Assembly: GCA_951406725.2 (NCBI GenBank) | Contig: OX597825.1 | Location: 62,930,001-62,994,000, forward strand | Length of the DNA: 64,000 nt | Source: Octopus vulgaris | Lineage: Eukaryota | Direction of reading: 5' to 3' | Shown here: positions 12,439-26,424 of the stretch, in pieces | Position numbering within the stretch: the stretch's first letter is position 1 | Layout: every line of letters starts with the position of its first letter | Made by a program: the position numbers and the translations under genes | The notes under the pieces: generated by a model | The model's database searches: none | What the model was told of the DNA's origin: nothing | What the model saw: only the letters and a program-made list of their open reading frames with translations

Positions 12439-13018
12439 TAGAAAACATCTATAAATCCCCATACCTTATTTTACATAAGCTATCCATCACTTTCAGCTAT
12501 ACATAGATAACGCTATTAAATGTTCTAATGACCCCCTCATTGTAAATATGTAAATATGTTATTATTTCTTACATAGACACAAGATGAGAATTTTTAGGAG
12601 AGTAATTACTCAAATGCATTGATATCAGTACTTGACTGATTCTTATTTTATCAATCTCAGAAAAATGAAAAGTAATGTCAGTCTTTGCTAGGATTTGAAA
12701 TCGAAACCTAACCAGGTGAAAATAAATGCTATAAACGTTTTATTGCTCAGTCTACTACTGCTGCTTCCATCAAACTGGATTCTGAAAATTATTCTGAAGC
12801 ACCGTTTCCTCGCTATAGTCATTGAATCATTCAATGACTCCTATACAATGATTTACTATCTCCATTGATTGATATATGAATATATTATATCACACATGCA
12901 CACACACAAATACACACACACATACATACACATACATGTATGCATATCTGTGTATATATGTGAGTGCACATGTATGTATAATTTCATATATATATATATA
13001 TATATGCATATATATATG

Positions 13019-13052
<34 letters not shown>

Positions 13053-13937
13053 TATGTATGTTTGTGTGTGTGTGTGCCTGTATGTATGAATGTATGTATG
13101 CATGTGATATTGCAGATTGCAATATGACAATGTTTTTACTGCATTGTAGACTATACAATGCAGTTATATATTTGATATACGATGAACAAAAAAACCTGGC
13201 TACATATTTATCATATGACAGAAAACAATAAGCTGCTAGTTCCCAACAGAAAAAAAAAATAACGATTACAACATAGGCATAGCTATACATAGGAGCTACA
13301 CAATTCAATAGACTCATAGAAATGAATATAAACAGGATGGTTAATATAATTACTCTGTATAAACTTCAGAGGAAATTGGAATCTCTAATGATATAAGTAA
13401 AAGCTACAGTTGCTACATGACAAATTCTTCTAAATTCTAAACTTAGATGTCTTTAATGCCAAGATTTAAAAAGTGGTCTTGTAAACAATAGCATGAAAAT
13501 TCAAACTATTTTCTGTTTTGTTTATATGGAAGACATTTAAACTTGTTCGCTTTTATCTAGAATTATTTAATATTGCATGCTATCCTCATAGGTATGTCAA
13601 AAACTCTGTCCCATTTAGATAGATCACCTGCAGTAAACCTGTATATATTTTCAATGAGCTTCTTTCTCAAGGAGTAATATTAAACCTAATTAAATTTGTT
13701 TTCTATATGTCTGTCTTATGAATTCAGCATATTTTACTCAATGAACAGGTAACACAATGGGGAAACATTTATTCTCGAACTTCAGTTCAATTATTACGAG
13801 AGTAAACTTTGAAAGGAACAGTTTATACATTTTGATTGCTTCTTGCTGTCAAGTGGAAGGCTTAAGGGAAATGCTTGTAATACAAACAGATTAATAGCAC
13901 AAGGAATTTTTGTGCATCTATGCATATATATATATAC

Positions 13938-13998
<61 letters not shown>

Positions 13999-14067
13999 TA
14001 TACATATATATATGTACATATATATACATATATATATATATACATATATATACATATATATATGTAC

Positions 14068-14173
<106 letters not shown>

Positions 14174-14501
14174 GTATTTAGTTATATAAAACTTTTCTGG
14201 AGATACTTGATTAGTTCTTTTGTCAGGCTTTCATAGAAATGATGCTGTACTTTTGAATGGTAAAGTAAGGATGAAAATGAATTAAGATAGCAGATGAAGA
14301 AAGAGACCGTCTTCACAGCAAAAAAAAAACAAACAAAACAAACAGATAAACAAATAATCAGCAGTATTAAAATGAATGCAAAGTAAAGTGTATAGGACAT
14401 ATATTAGTTGAAATACTGCGTAGAAAGAATTTGAATATCTTTAAACTAAAGGAAAAGTCTGTTTCCTTGAGCTTATTCAAAAATGGCTAGCTATGCTATA
14501 A

Positions 14502-14542
<41 letters not shown>

Positions 14543-15945
14543 CACACACACACTGAAAGATAAAGTCCAGCTGCAGAATTTTTTTTCCCTTTATTCTCAG
14601 TAATGAAAACAGGTACCATATTAGATATCTATCAAAATATCATACTATAACATTTTAGAAATAAAAACAATCTAGTTAATAACTTGTTCTTGTCTAGTTA
14701 TGACATTTTGTAAAAATATTTTCATTGAAAATATTTATGCCTCTACTTCTTTTGAGAAGATAGTTCTGGAAATTCAACCTGCTGAATGATATACTTGGTG
14801 CAAATATTTTTCAGTTGGATAGTCTTTCAAAACTATCCCTGAAATTCAGAAAAACAGTGCTCTTCTTTGGTCTCTTCTATTTTTATTGTTTGTCCAAGCT
14901 AGAATATGCATTGCTTCCTACTTAACTCAGCTAATATGCTCACTTATCCTACTTTGTTTTATTCCTACAGAAATATATTACTCAAGAAAAATATCTCCAG
15001 ATTTGAAATTCTCTCAAATTTCCTCCTTGCCTATGTTTTCCTAGATGTATCAACTCTCAGATATTCTAGCAGTACTTCTGTTGGATATACTTCCACACTA
15101 TTAAAAGGTTCACTACCAGTCATGGGTGCTAAACCTCACTGGACTGCATAAAAACAGATTTATTTTTAGCTGGATTCGAAATATAAATAATAATATACAT
15201 TTCTTAGACCTTTAATTTCCAAACTTCTGTTGTAATAAACTGCTTTGCTCCGAATAATTTAGAAAATTGTGAAACTTTTGTTTAAAATGATTTTGTTATT
15301 AAACTGGTGTGTGGGCCAGAAATTAACATGAAATTTTGTATAAAAGTTTTTAATTTAGACCACTTTGAATGGTTTTAATGTAGATCAATTTAAAACAGGG
15401 ACTTTTGTCATAGAGCCAGAACAGTCGTGGATGGGTTACAAAGCCAGAAAAATAATTAGAGATTAATCTCTAATTGTATATATGTGACACTGAAATAATA
15501 TTTTATTACCTTTTTGCACCATGTATCTAATAAAATTTTCTTCAATGTAACCTTTTTAGTTAACATTTAATTTAAAGTGTCCACCAAATTTGATAAGGTT
15601 CTTCAACTTTTGATTTATTTGTGTATTACAAAGAATTAGCAACTGTTTGATATTGGTGAGTGAACCTAAACTCTGTGGTACAGGTCTGGCTGCATAATGA
15701 ATGAGGGTCATTTTGAGAGATTAATAGCTAATATTTTGCACTTCAGAATATAATAGATTCATTTCCAATTTGTTCGTAATGTGAAAGAATTTTATATCAA
15801 AACTAAGAATGACTTTTTACATAAATTACAAAAATTTCTTAAATTCTGATATATTTAGATTATAATTTATTAAACTGTAATATTATGATCAACATTCTAA
15901 ATAACCAGTATTCCAGTATTCCATAAACTCAGTTACTTCTCCTAA

Positions 15946-15989
<44 letters not shown>

Positions 15990-16848
15990 ACCTGCACAAA
16001 TACTTCATCTCTCACTCTCTCATCTTCCTCTTGTCTACTATGTCATTGTTACTATTCTGTTGCTTCTGGCCCTATAAACAATTGGTGAATCCAACTCTTA
16101 TCCACCATGCATATTGTCTACTCTTCAAACCCATCCCATCTCTACAGTCATCACCTACTCTCCCCTGTCTCTCCTACTTATCATCCACTCAACACTCATT
16201 TATAGCTCTCTGTATTCCCTATCCTTTGCTTCTCACTCTGCTATATGCATTTGCAATATGTACACACCCATACTCTTGGTTGTTCTTCACCTACTCTCCT
16301 CTGCTCACCTTATAACTTGAGGTTACACACAGGCACTTCATTAATTCTATTTACTCTCTTCTCCATTCCAGCCTGACCAGCCTGGCTCTTACGTCTAAAA
16401 AGTGTTTAGTAATGTAGTCCTTCTACAGCAAGAAATCTCTTCTGCTATGGTTCTTTCTCTCATGCTGTAGCCCCTCATTTCCTAGCATAAATACACCTCT
16501 TATAGGGCTCATATTCTTGCAAGCTATATGGTAACCTCACCAGTGATGATAGTGGCCCATAAAAGCATCCTGTATATGCTGTAAAATGGTTTTCATTAGG
16601 AAGAGTATCTTGCCATTGAAGCCATATCAAAGTAGACAGAGGAGCCCAATGGAAACTTAGGTTTGTCAGACCCTATCAAACTGTCCAGCCATACCACCAT
16701 TAAAGATGGACATGAAATTATGATGAAGGAAAGGAGAAAATACCACAGTCTACAGTTTATAGTTATTAGTTTTACCCTGTAGAGAAGAAATAAAAAGTAT
16801 TCAATATTTCAGACAATTCATTGCACTCGGAAGAAAAGTAGAGTTTCA

Positions 16849-17020
16849 TCATCTTCATCATCATCCTTTAACGTCCGCTTTTCATGCTAGCATGGGTTGG
16901 ATGATTTGACTGAGGACTGACGAACCAGATGGCTGCACCAGGCTCCAATCTGATCTGGCAGAGTTTCTACAGCTGGATGCCCTTCCTAATGTCAACAACT
17001 CTGAGAGTGTAGTCGGTGCT
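16849..17020 (-). mobile_element. RTE-type LINE 3' UTR fragment
   Basis: (CAT)n CCTTTAACGTCCGCTTTTCATGCTAGCATGGGTTGG...CTACAGCTGGATGCCCTTCCTAA. Confidence 0.8.
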
Positions 17021-17780
17021 TGAAAAACAAAAAAAAGGAGTATTGTGTATATATAGCATTATAATGTCACTGTGGAAACCATTAGGTACTTTTTTCTCAT
17101 TTCATCCTTGCAACTTTATATTAATCCTTTGTATTAATTCTTTACACTCTTGTTTTTGTTTTTGATGCTGACAGTTTGGATTCTGTAGATTCCTAGATTA
17201 CACTCAGTTCACATTACACTGGAACTATAATTTATTAAGTTATTTTTATTCTTGATTAATTTAGAAAGAATTGTCTTCAATGAGTTCTGTTTTGTCTACA
17301 ATATACAGTCCTAATTATAATCATTGTCAAGTTATTAGACTTTTCATTTTGCTTTGATGCTGAAAGTTGTACCAAGGAAATTCTGGTGTGAGGCATCTAG
17401 AATAGAAAAACAAGGAAACCAAGGTCAGAATTGTGTTTAGAAGTACAGGCAAAGAGATATTAAGTGATGAGGATTATAATGAGTGTTACACTTATGATCA
17501 TATTTAGGAAATTAATCACTGTTATGACAATTATTTCCTATTCTTCTGTGTCCCTTTTTAGTCTCTGTCTTTTGTTCTGTTCTATAGAAACAGGCAGCAA
17601 TTATAGAAATATCTGGGTTCGTAAAGGAAATATACAAGAAAAATGTTTCCGTCATGGATAACATCACGTCTTCAATAAAGGGCATTTATGTAGATGAGAA
17701 GTAGTTATTGACCATAAACATATTATTTCTCTCAGATACCAATGGAAAAGAATCTTGTTAAATCTCTCCTTTTCTTTCTT

Positions 17781-17812
<32 letters not shown>

Positions 17813-18571
17813 TCTTTTTCTGACACTGGAGACAATAAAAAGAATCTGTCTTGCTGGAAAATAATACCTAATAATAGACTTGTTACCCACCTTTAGCTTG
17901 TAATTTCATAGAGTGACTTGCTCTATACAGTACAGTTGGTGTAATAAATATTTTCTTGAGAAATATTCAAGAAATGTTACGCAGTAGTGTCTAACTAAAC
18001 ACTACATTAAATCTGCTTTCTTGTGAATTCATTTTACAGAAATAGTTCACAATGATATGTAAATGCCATAGATTGTCCATATTATCCTGTAACCTTTCTT
18101 CCTAAATAGTTTCAAACGATATCCAAATGTCATACTTATTTAATTTTTTCATTCAACATCCATTTCACCGAAATGACTAGAAATCATGTTGCAGAATCTT
18201 ATTTTGCTTTTCTTCTTCTCTTCCTCTCAACCATGCTTGCCAAAATATTACTATTTTATTCATGAATTATTTTTTTTCTTTATTTCGGTTTCTCTGCACA
18301 ATATTCTTCAAATGGCAATTTCACCTCACCAACTGCACATCTCACCTACCAGTCATCCTTTAAGCATTATGAAAGTTTAATTTCAGGCTAGTACATTCAT
18401 GGGAATTTTATAAACTATCTTCTTATATATTGCAGTGTTAAAGCCATTCTTCCAAGTGATTGTATCTTCAAGAAGAAAGCAATTTTCTCTCACTATAAAA
18501 TAATCTAATTTATCATCATCATCATCACTATCATCATCATTGCTATCATCATCATCATCATCATTATTATT

Positions 18572-19247
<676 letters not shown>

Positions 19248-20318
19248 TTATTGTTATTATCGCCAAGCTTGAGGTGTGTTTTTGAGTGCTGTAAGTATAT
19301 GTAAGTATATTAATTCACTTGTTTTTAATTCCGGCTACTAGGAAACGATTTTTCATTGTGAAAAAACAAGTGCTTTTTGCCCTCATTTTCTTTTAAATTT
19401 TTAATATAATTTTCGTTTTTTTTTTTAAATTCCTCATCGAGTAGACCTGAATGAAATCGGGTTATAATACTAGTTTGAACATAAAACAGGAAGAACATTT
19501 TGGTTGGATATGACTGGTTTGAATGCTAAAGGGCTAAATGAATAAAAGCCATGTACTGAGGCAGCCCTCTCTCTACCAAGATGTCACACTTTAGATATTC
19601 TGCTGCCTCAACAGATTTAATTCAACTGATGCAAGCACAAAAAAGTGCTATGAAGATGATGATGATAGCAACAAAGATGATTGGTACTTTCCCCAATGTT
19701 TTGCTTTTCTTTTCTTTTCTTTAGTACATATCATGTTTCCTGCAACTACTGGATACATTTTGTCAAACATTAGATTTTCCCATAACCCTTTCTCTGCCCA
19801 GTCGACCAATCAGATTCGCTTTACTTTGTATCATGTATCATTTTTATATTTAATACATTTCCAGCACAAACTACATATAATTTTTCTTTTATTTTTGGTT
19901 TCAATAACTATTTTACTCAAATGCTTTCTTTCCCTTCATCCTATCTAGGATATGTCAAATCAATAATCCACAATTTTCTTTAAGAATTATTTTCAAGAAT
20001 TAAATCTGTCCTACTGACATTTGTGGCTTTGTGCATATAATATTTACAGTTCCAACACAGGTTTATTTAACTACTTTCTAGAGTATAGTGCTTATCTCAT
20101 TTACTCAAAATATACTTAATATCTGCTTTAATTTATGATTTTCTTATGAGATATCAAATATGAACAACTTATTGTGGCCCCCATTTAGTGTAATGATATT
20201 TTTTTCTGATACTTCTTTAATGGAAATATTCTACCCCCTACTTTCTTTTATTCATTCACTCATTCATCCAGTCTTCATAATCATCGTCATTGTTGTTGCT
20301 GCTGCTGCTGCTGTTGTT

Positions 20319-20351
<33 letters not shown>

Positions 20352-20691
20352 AAGCAACAAGACAGGTAAGGGTGATTAGGTGACGGTCTAGAGCTCAGGG
20401 GCGGGAGACCCTAGACCTTGGAAAAAAAATACTTTGGTCGTCTTGTTGTAGTCAAGGGCTCTTCGTTGACGCCCGACACCACTGGGAGGTGGCCCTCGAA
20501 GCCACTGGAAATGGAGATCTCCATGTCCAAATTCTTGGATGGCTGTTGTTGGTGATGTCACTGTCGCCACCACTCCTGCTGCTGCTGCTGTCACCTGAAC
20601 TGTCATAGCAATTGTTGTCATCATTGTCATTGACATCAAAAAAGTTAATGTCCATGTTTCATGCTGACATCAACTGGAATTTTTGACAGGA

Positions 20692-20935
20692 GCTAAGTTA
20701 CAGAATCGTAAACACACGAGCACCAGTTGTTAAGCGATTTGGTGGGGACAATCAAAGATACAAAGACACACATACACATGATGGCTTGTTTCAGTTTCCA
20801 TCTACCAAATCCACTCACAAGGCTTTGATCAGCCTAAGGCTGTAGTAGAAGACACTTGCCCATGATGCCGTGCAGTGAACCTGGAACCATGTCATTAGGA
20901 AGCAAGCTTCTTACCACACAGCCACATCTCAGCCT
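20692..20935 (-). mobile_element. SINE family A fragment nested in an RTE 3' UTR relic
   Basis: Family A consensus on the minus strand; RTE UTR motifs at 20640-20690 and 20975-21080. Confidence 0.7.
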
Positions 20936-21252
20936 ATTATATATTGTTGCTTTGCATTCAACTGCAGGTCAAAGATCAAACCAATGTCTGTTTTGACATG
21001 GTTTCCATGGGTGGATGCCCTTCCTAATGTCAAATACTTTACAGAGTACACTGGGTGCATTTTCCATGACACTAGCCCAACAGAGGTTACTATGCAACCT
21101 AAAAACTAAATGCTTTCCATTGAATGGGGTTACAGTAGAGAGTAGGGTGGCATTTTCTATAATATGTGAGGTTAATGTGTGATCCCCTTAATGTTCAATG
21201 CCATTTCCTGCATATCTGATTTTTATATCAGAGTAACTATTTCGTATGTGTG

Positions 21253-21301
21253 GTCTTAACAGCTGTTTCTGGGATATTAGGGATATCCCTTTATCAGAGA
21301 C
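21253..21301 (-). ncRNA. Degenerate hammerhead motif (CAGCTG family)
   Basis: Reverse complement: GTCT-CTGATAA-aGGGATAT cccta ATATCCCa-GAAA-CAGCTG-TTA-AGAC; G8 changed to A. Confidence 0.6.
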
Positions 21302-21844
21302 GATATGAGAGAGTTAACTAGTGTATGGTAAGAAGCTTCTTTTCAGTCACATGCTTCTTGGTTCAGTCCCACTGTATGGCATCTTGGGCAAGTGTTTTCT
21401 ACTATAGCCCTGAGGTGACCAAGGCCTTGTGAATGAATTTAGCAGACAGAAACTGAAAGAAACCTATTCTGTATACATACATATATACATATTTGCATAC
21501 ACATATGTATACACACATGCACACATATATATATATTCATCATCACCATCATCATCATCGTTGTTGTCATCATTGTCCATCTTCCATTGTTATATTTGGG
21601 TATGGTTTTTGTTTTATTGTCACTATACATTCATTCTTCCTTTCAGCTTTATACTTATTTTATGTATGTGTGTGTGTGAGAGTGTGTGTGAGTTTGTGAG
21701 TGTGTGAGTGTGTGAGGGTGTGTGTGTGAGTGTGTGTGTGTGTGTATACATACGTGTGCATGTGTATGTGTGTGTGTTAAATTAAATGAGACAACAGAGC
21801 CAAGGGTGCATGGAATTTACAGGACATTTAAAAAGAGAAAGGTA

Positions 21845-21892
21845 GTCTTACAGCTGTTTCAGAGATATTATGGATACCCCTTCATCAGAGAC
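21845..21892 (-). ncRNA. Minimal hammerhead ribozyme, canonical core, GUA site (CAGCTG family)
   Basis: Reverse complement: GTCT-CTGATGA-AGGGGTAT ccata ATATCTCT-GAAA-CAGCTG-TA-AGAC; 8-bp helix II with G-U pairs. Confidence 0.85.
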
Positions 21893-22109
21893 GATATGAG
21901 AGAGTTAACTAGAAGGAAATAGTAGAGTTCAATATAAGGAGTTATATTGGAAAAGGATGGCCATTGGAAGTACAGAAGGAAATAAGAGAATAAAAATAAA
22001 AATATATGTAGGATGTTACAGTTGCCTTAACTTGGGTCTTCTGGATACTAATACTGCTCATATATATATATGATCACATGTGAGTATTTTATTTATGTTC
22101 CCTCGTAAG

Positions 22110-22170
22110 CTCTACTGAAGAAGAATATATCCTTTATAGGAATTAATTCCGAAATTGATTCAATATAGAG
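22110..22170 (+). ncRNA. Hammerhead ribozyme motif, canonical core, AUA site
   Basis: CTCTA-CTGAAGA-aGAAT..TCCT ttat AGGA..ATTCc-GAAA-TTGA t TCAA-TA-TAGAG. Confidence 0.8.
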
Positions 22171-22631
22171 ATAAAGAAATTTAAATTTTCTAACGGTTAG
22201 TTGCCCGCTTTCAGTTCAATTTTCCTGTAACAAGTGGATTATAAGTGGATAAATCAGTGTATTGGCTTTAGAATAACCTTCTTTAGCACTTAATTATAAG
22301 ATGTTTATACTTCAACCGTAAAGGGTTTTTTTTAATATACTGCCACGCTTTTTGATGGAATCCTTTTCTGTAGGGAAAGGGACTTCATCCTATATTGTTA
22401 GTATATATATATATATATACATATATGCAATCAGATGAAGCTTGTAGCAGTTGTAGCAACATGAATGCGAAACACATATCTTAACCACCTGGCTGTACTT
22501 GTGTCAGATTAAAAGAAAAATAAAGATAAGAAGGTACTGCTGGAATATCTTCATCAGATATGAGTAAGATCTAGAAAACTTCCTTCAATTGAGAAGCTGC
22601 AAAGAATAGACTGAAAAAATATATGTATGTC

Positions 22632-22644
22632 ACTATCTATTTGC

Positions 22645-22722
<78 letters not shown>

Positions 22723-22910
22723 GTCTATCTGTCTATCTATCTATCTATCTATCTGTGTGTCTGTCTGTTTGTCTATCTGTCTATCTATCTGTCTATCTGT
22801 CTATCTGTCTGCCTTCCTGTCTGTCTGCCTGTTTACGGGTTTGCTTGCCTATCTGTTCTGTCTGTTCTGTCAGTCTGTCTGTCTGTCTTTCTCTCCCTCT
22901 ATCTGTCTAT

Positions 22911-22968
<58 letters not shown>

Positions 22969-23088
22969 GTCTATCTATCTATCTATCTATTTATCTGTAT
23001 GTCTGTCTGTATGTCTGTCTGTCTATCTGCCTACCTAGTTATCTACCTGTCTGCCTGTCTGTCAGTTTATCTATCTGTCTGTCTGTCA

Positions 23089-23120
<32 letters not shown>

Positions 23121-23125
23121 GTGTG
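22632..23125. repeat. (CTAT)n/(CTGT)n tetranucleotide microsatellite
   Basis: Directly visible; source of the YLSI/CLSV ORFs. Confidence 0.95.
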
Positions 23126-23660
23126 TATGTATATTACATATATACGTTTGTGTATGTGTGTAATTATATATAGATATATTATGCATGCATGCATGCATGT
23201 ATGCTTGTATGCATGTCTTGTACGGTATATATATATTGAAAAAAAGATAAAAACATCATGATACACAACAATGCTTCTGCAAGGATGACATTTGTTCTGT
23301 GTGGGTGAAACAACATATATATGTGTTATATTGATTTAAATAGTTTATTTCACAAACTAAGGAGAGAGAAAATATAAATATCTCGGTAGACAATAACTCC
23401 TAGCAATCACATGTTCGTATGAAATGTAACATGAACTTTTGAGGAAAACATAACAAACAACAAAAGGAAATAAGACCTAATCATGTATGTTGAAAACATA
23501 TATGGAAACATATAACATATACGCTTTTATACTTCTGAGACACAACAGAGCTGAAGAGAAGATGCATACTTACTTAAATACATTGATCAATTGCATGCAT
23601 CATGCATATATATATTTAGATATGCATACATACATGTGTGTATATATATATGTATATATA

Positions 23661-23711
<51 letters not shown>

Positions 23712-23716
23712 ATATG

Positions 23717-23826
<110 letters not shown>

Positions 23827-24125
23827 GTATTTATGTATGTATGTATGTATGTAGATATATATATATATGTAGATGTACAATGACTTGTTATAGCCAGAGG
23901 GATTACACTTACATAGCAACTGTCAGTAGTCAAAGTGAAACACTAGTTTCAAATGAATAAATAATCTCGACTAGATATACTTAGCACCCTTCTCCGGTTT
24001 TTCGCATTGAAATATCAAAATCCATGCATGCATACAACTGCCACCAGCACACAGACACACAGACACACAAGTACATACATATATATATATATGTGTGCAT
24101 AGATATATGTTTGTGCATATGTGTA

Positions 24126-24159
<34 letters not shown>

Positions 24160-24161
<2 letters not shown>

Positions 24162-24405
24162 TTATGAGAGGTAATGGTGTCATTGAGACCCAATATCCCT
24201 ATATATCTCACATTTATTTTATTTTCTTTCCTCCATCTCACTCTCTATTTTATATCTTATCTAAATTAATTATTTCTTAACCATCCTCTCGCATCATCTC
24301 CAATGAAGGGATATAATAAATTTCTTGGAAACAGCTGTAAGACCTTCTATCTATAAATGTTCTAAAATCTACACAACCTTGGTTTTTATCTCATTACAAA
24401 AAAAT
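24160..24405 (+). mobile_element. Short element between (TA)n tracts with decayed CAGCTG-family HHR (24296-24343)
   Basis: Reverse-complement homology to 21780-21900; ATCT-CCAATGA-A...GAAA-CAGCTG-TA-AGAC. Confidence 0.65.
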
Positions 24406-24413
24406 TTATATAT

Positions 24414-24520
24414 ATACTAGCTATGGCGGTGTATATTCTAAAATTGGAACGATATAGAGAAGATTAGCACTGCTCCTGCACAAGGATGACATGCAAACTT
24501 GGGAAGCGTTCCGTATTTCT
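24414..24520 (+). pseudogene. U6: Full-length U6 snRNA retro-pseudogene
   Basis: CTAAAATTGGAACGATAtAGAGAAGATTAGCA...CCTGCaCAAGGATGACAtGCAAA...GAAGCGTTCCgTATTT; 107 nt; the ACAGAGA box is mutated to ATAGAGA. Confidence 0.92.
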
Positions 24521-24582
24521 AAAATGGCGGTGCATCAGCATGGCCGTAGTTCTGAGCTGAAACTTAAATATATATATATATG

Positions 24583-25300
24583 TACTGAACTATAAAAGAA
24601 ATGTCGCACTGTAAAAGATCGTTTCACACACGAGATTGAGATTATATGTATTTTATTACATTTCTAGGTAATTTGATATTTGGAAGATGTCACTGACCAA
24701 CACCACCACTCTCTCTTGAAAACACAAGGATTGCATGTAGGGTTTTAACTTGCTCACTTTTTGTGAACGTGGTTATGCTCATGAATGCTTTGTTTTGAAA
24801 AGCATGCTGCACGTGCAAGACTTTGACTCATTGGGTATAAAGAGCATCCCAAATTTAATCAGCCAGTCATTCGTTTCCTGAACACAGCAAGCATGCCAAG
24901 ATTGACACAAAATCTGAGAGAGGAAGCCATCAGACGTCTCCAAGCTGGTCAACATCCATGGGTCATTGCTAATGACTTGAACTGCAGTGGAGGACTGTAG
25001 TCTTCTCTAACAAAAGTCAGTATTGCATTTCTGTGGCAGATGGCAGAGCTAGGGTTTGGAGAAGGGGTGAACATCATGCTGATGGCTGTGTGGTGGAGAC
25101 TCATGAGGAAGAAAGAACATCATGGTATGGGGAAGAATTGCACCTAACCAGAAACTTGGACCAGTAGTCTTCCAAAACATCAGCCAAAGCTGGGACAATG
25201 GAGTAACCACTGCTTTCTACACCGACCAAATATTGAGGTTTTACATTGTGCATACTTTGCCCATCATCAGAATCAGGTGTTCCAACATGACAACACCTGT
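24583..25300 (+). mobile_element. Decayed, internally deleted Tc1-family transposon
   Basis: ATG at 24893: MPRLTQNLREEAIRRLQAGQ..VIANDLNC (HTH start), joined to WRTVVFS(NK)S...DGRARVWRR...IMVWG (DDE block with D/E lost). Confidence 0.85.
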
Positions 25301-25567
25301 ACCATACTGCCAGGTAACTGAGGTGGTCAAGTATGATGGTGATAGTAAGGGATGTGAAAGACAGTGGTGACGGTGGTGCAGGAAAAGGCGGCAATGTCAA
25401 AGGTGCAGATGCTGGTGATGTCAGAAGTCTGAATGGTGTGTGTATGGCAGTTGTAGTGGCGATAGTGGTGGTATAGATGACGGTGATGGTTGAAACCAAT
25501 GAACAGAAAGAGGTATGGAGTAAGAAAGAGGTTAGACAAAAAAGGAAATTGTACTGACACCCCACCC

Positions 25568-25859
25568 ATCTCTCGTGGAAGCACCATCCAACCAAAATGC
25601 AAATATATGGGAAACTACCACCTGTGTCATCTCTTGTGAAAGGTAAGAGAGTCCAGTTTGCTGGACATTGTTGTAGAGCTGAAAAAGAAGTAATTTCTAC
25701 TCTTCTCCTCTGGAAGCCATCTACTCGCAATACCCTGATGTAATCTCCAGGGATACAGGCATCCAGCAACAGGACCTCCGTAATGCTATGAATGACCGTG
25801 AAGTCTGGCGTAACATAGTAAATTCCATTGTCTCGACCACGGTCGAACAATGATGATGA
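25568..25859 (+). mobile_element. RTE-clade LINE 3' end with 13-bp TSD
   Basis: Same family as 7607-7912; TGACACCCCACCC at 25555-25567 and 25860-25872. Confidence 0.9.
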
Positions 25860-26119
25860 TGACACCCCACCCCACCCCCACCCCAAATGGGAAGACAAAA
25901 AATGTTGTTTATCATGAAGCTTTCGAATAAGTTCCAAGTCGACATATTTTATCATTGTTTTGATGAAAATTGTTCATTGCCTGGAAAATATTGTTCAAGT
26001 TTAATAAAATTTGATATGTACTCAATGCATGAAGTGTCATTATTGGGCTCAAGGCCTAATGAAGATCCCTCCACAGGAGCTAGCTTAAAAGCTGCTTGAT
26101 AGGGTGGCTTTGAAGCTAG

Positions 26120-26150
<31 letters not shown>

Positions 26151-26424
26151 GTATTGGGTTTAAAAATCTTTGGAATAAAAATTGTGGAATGCTACACTTG
26201 GGATTCGACCACACATCTCCTGGAGATGGGCAGCCTTCACCCTTTTCTATCCAAAAGAAATTTCAACCCAAATTTAAATTCTATTATAGCTTCATGTTAT
26301 ATTCCCGGAGAGCCAATATTCCAAAAAGAAAATTATTTGATGTTGTCTTGAAAGTTTATAAAAGTCTTATGATGTCAAATCTACACACATACATACACAC
26401 ACACACACACGCATATATATATAT

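Noticed and set aside
17588-17704. Possible exon after a strong polypyrimidine tract
   Set aside because: No consensus donor and no recognisable peptide; such tracts are frequent here.
22428-22485. HHR-like CAGATGA-AGC...GC-GAAAC, plus similar weak hits at about 28020 and 54265
   Set aside because: No convincing helix I or III; too decayed to call.
24414-24520. Functional U6 gene
   Set aside because: ACAGAGA box and other invariant positions are mutated, there is no clean T-run terminator, and upstream sequence is a repeat rather than PSE/TATA.
24423-24532. ATGGCGGTG as a TSD around U6
   Set aside because: The upstream copy aligns to the U6 5' stem-loop and the downstream copy is part of the retroelement tail; probably a chance match.
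25101-25955. 284-aa minus-strand ORF
   Set aside because: Antisense across an RTE fragment, a low-complexity tract and a Tc1 relic.
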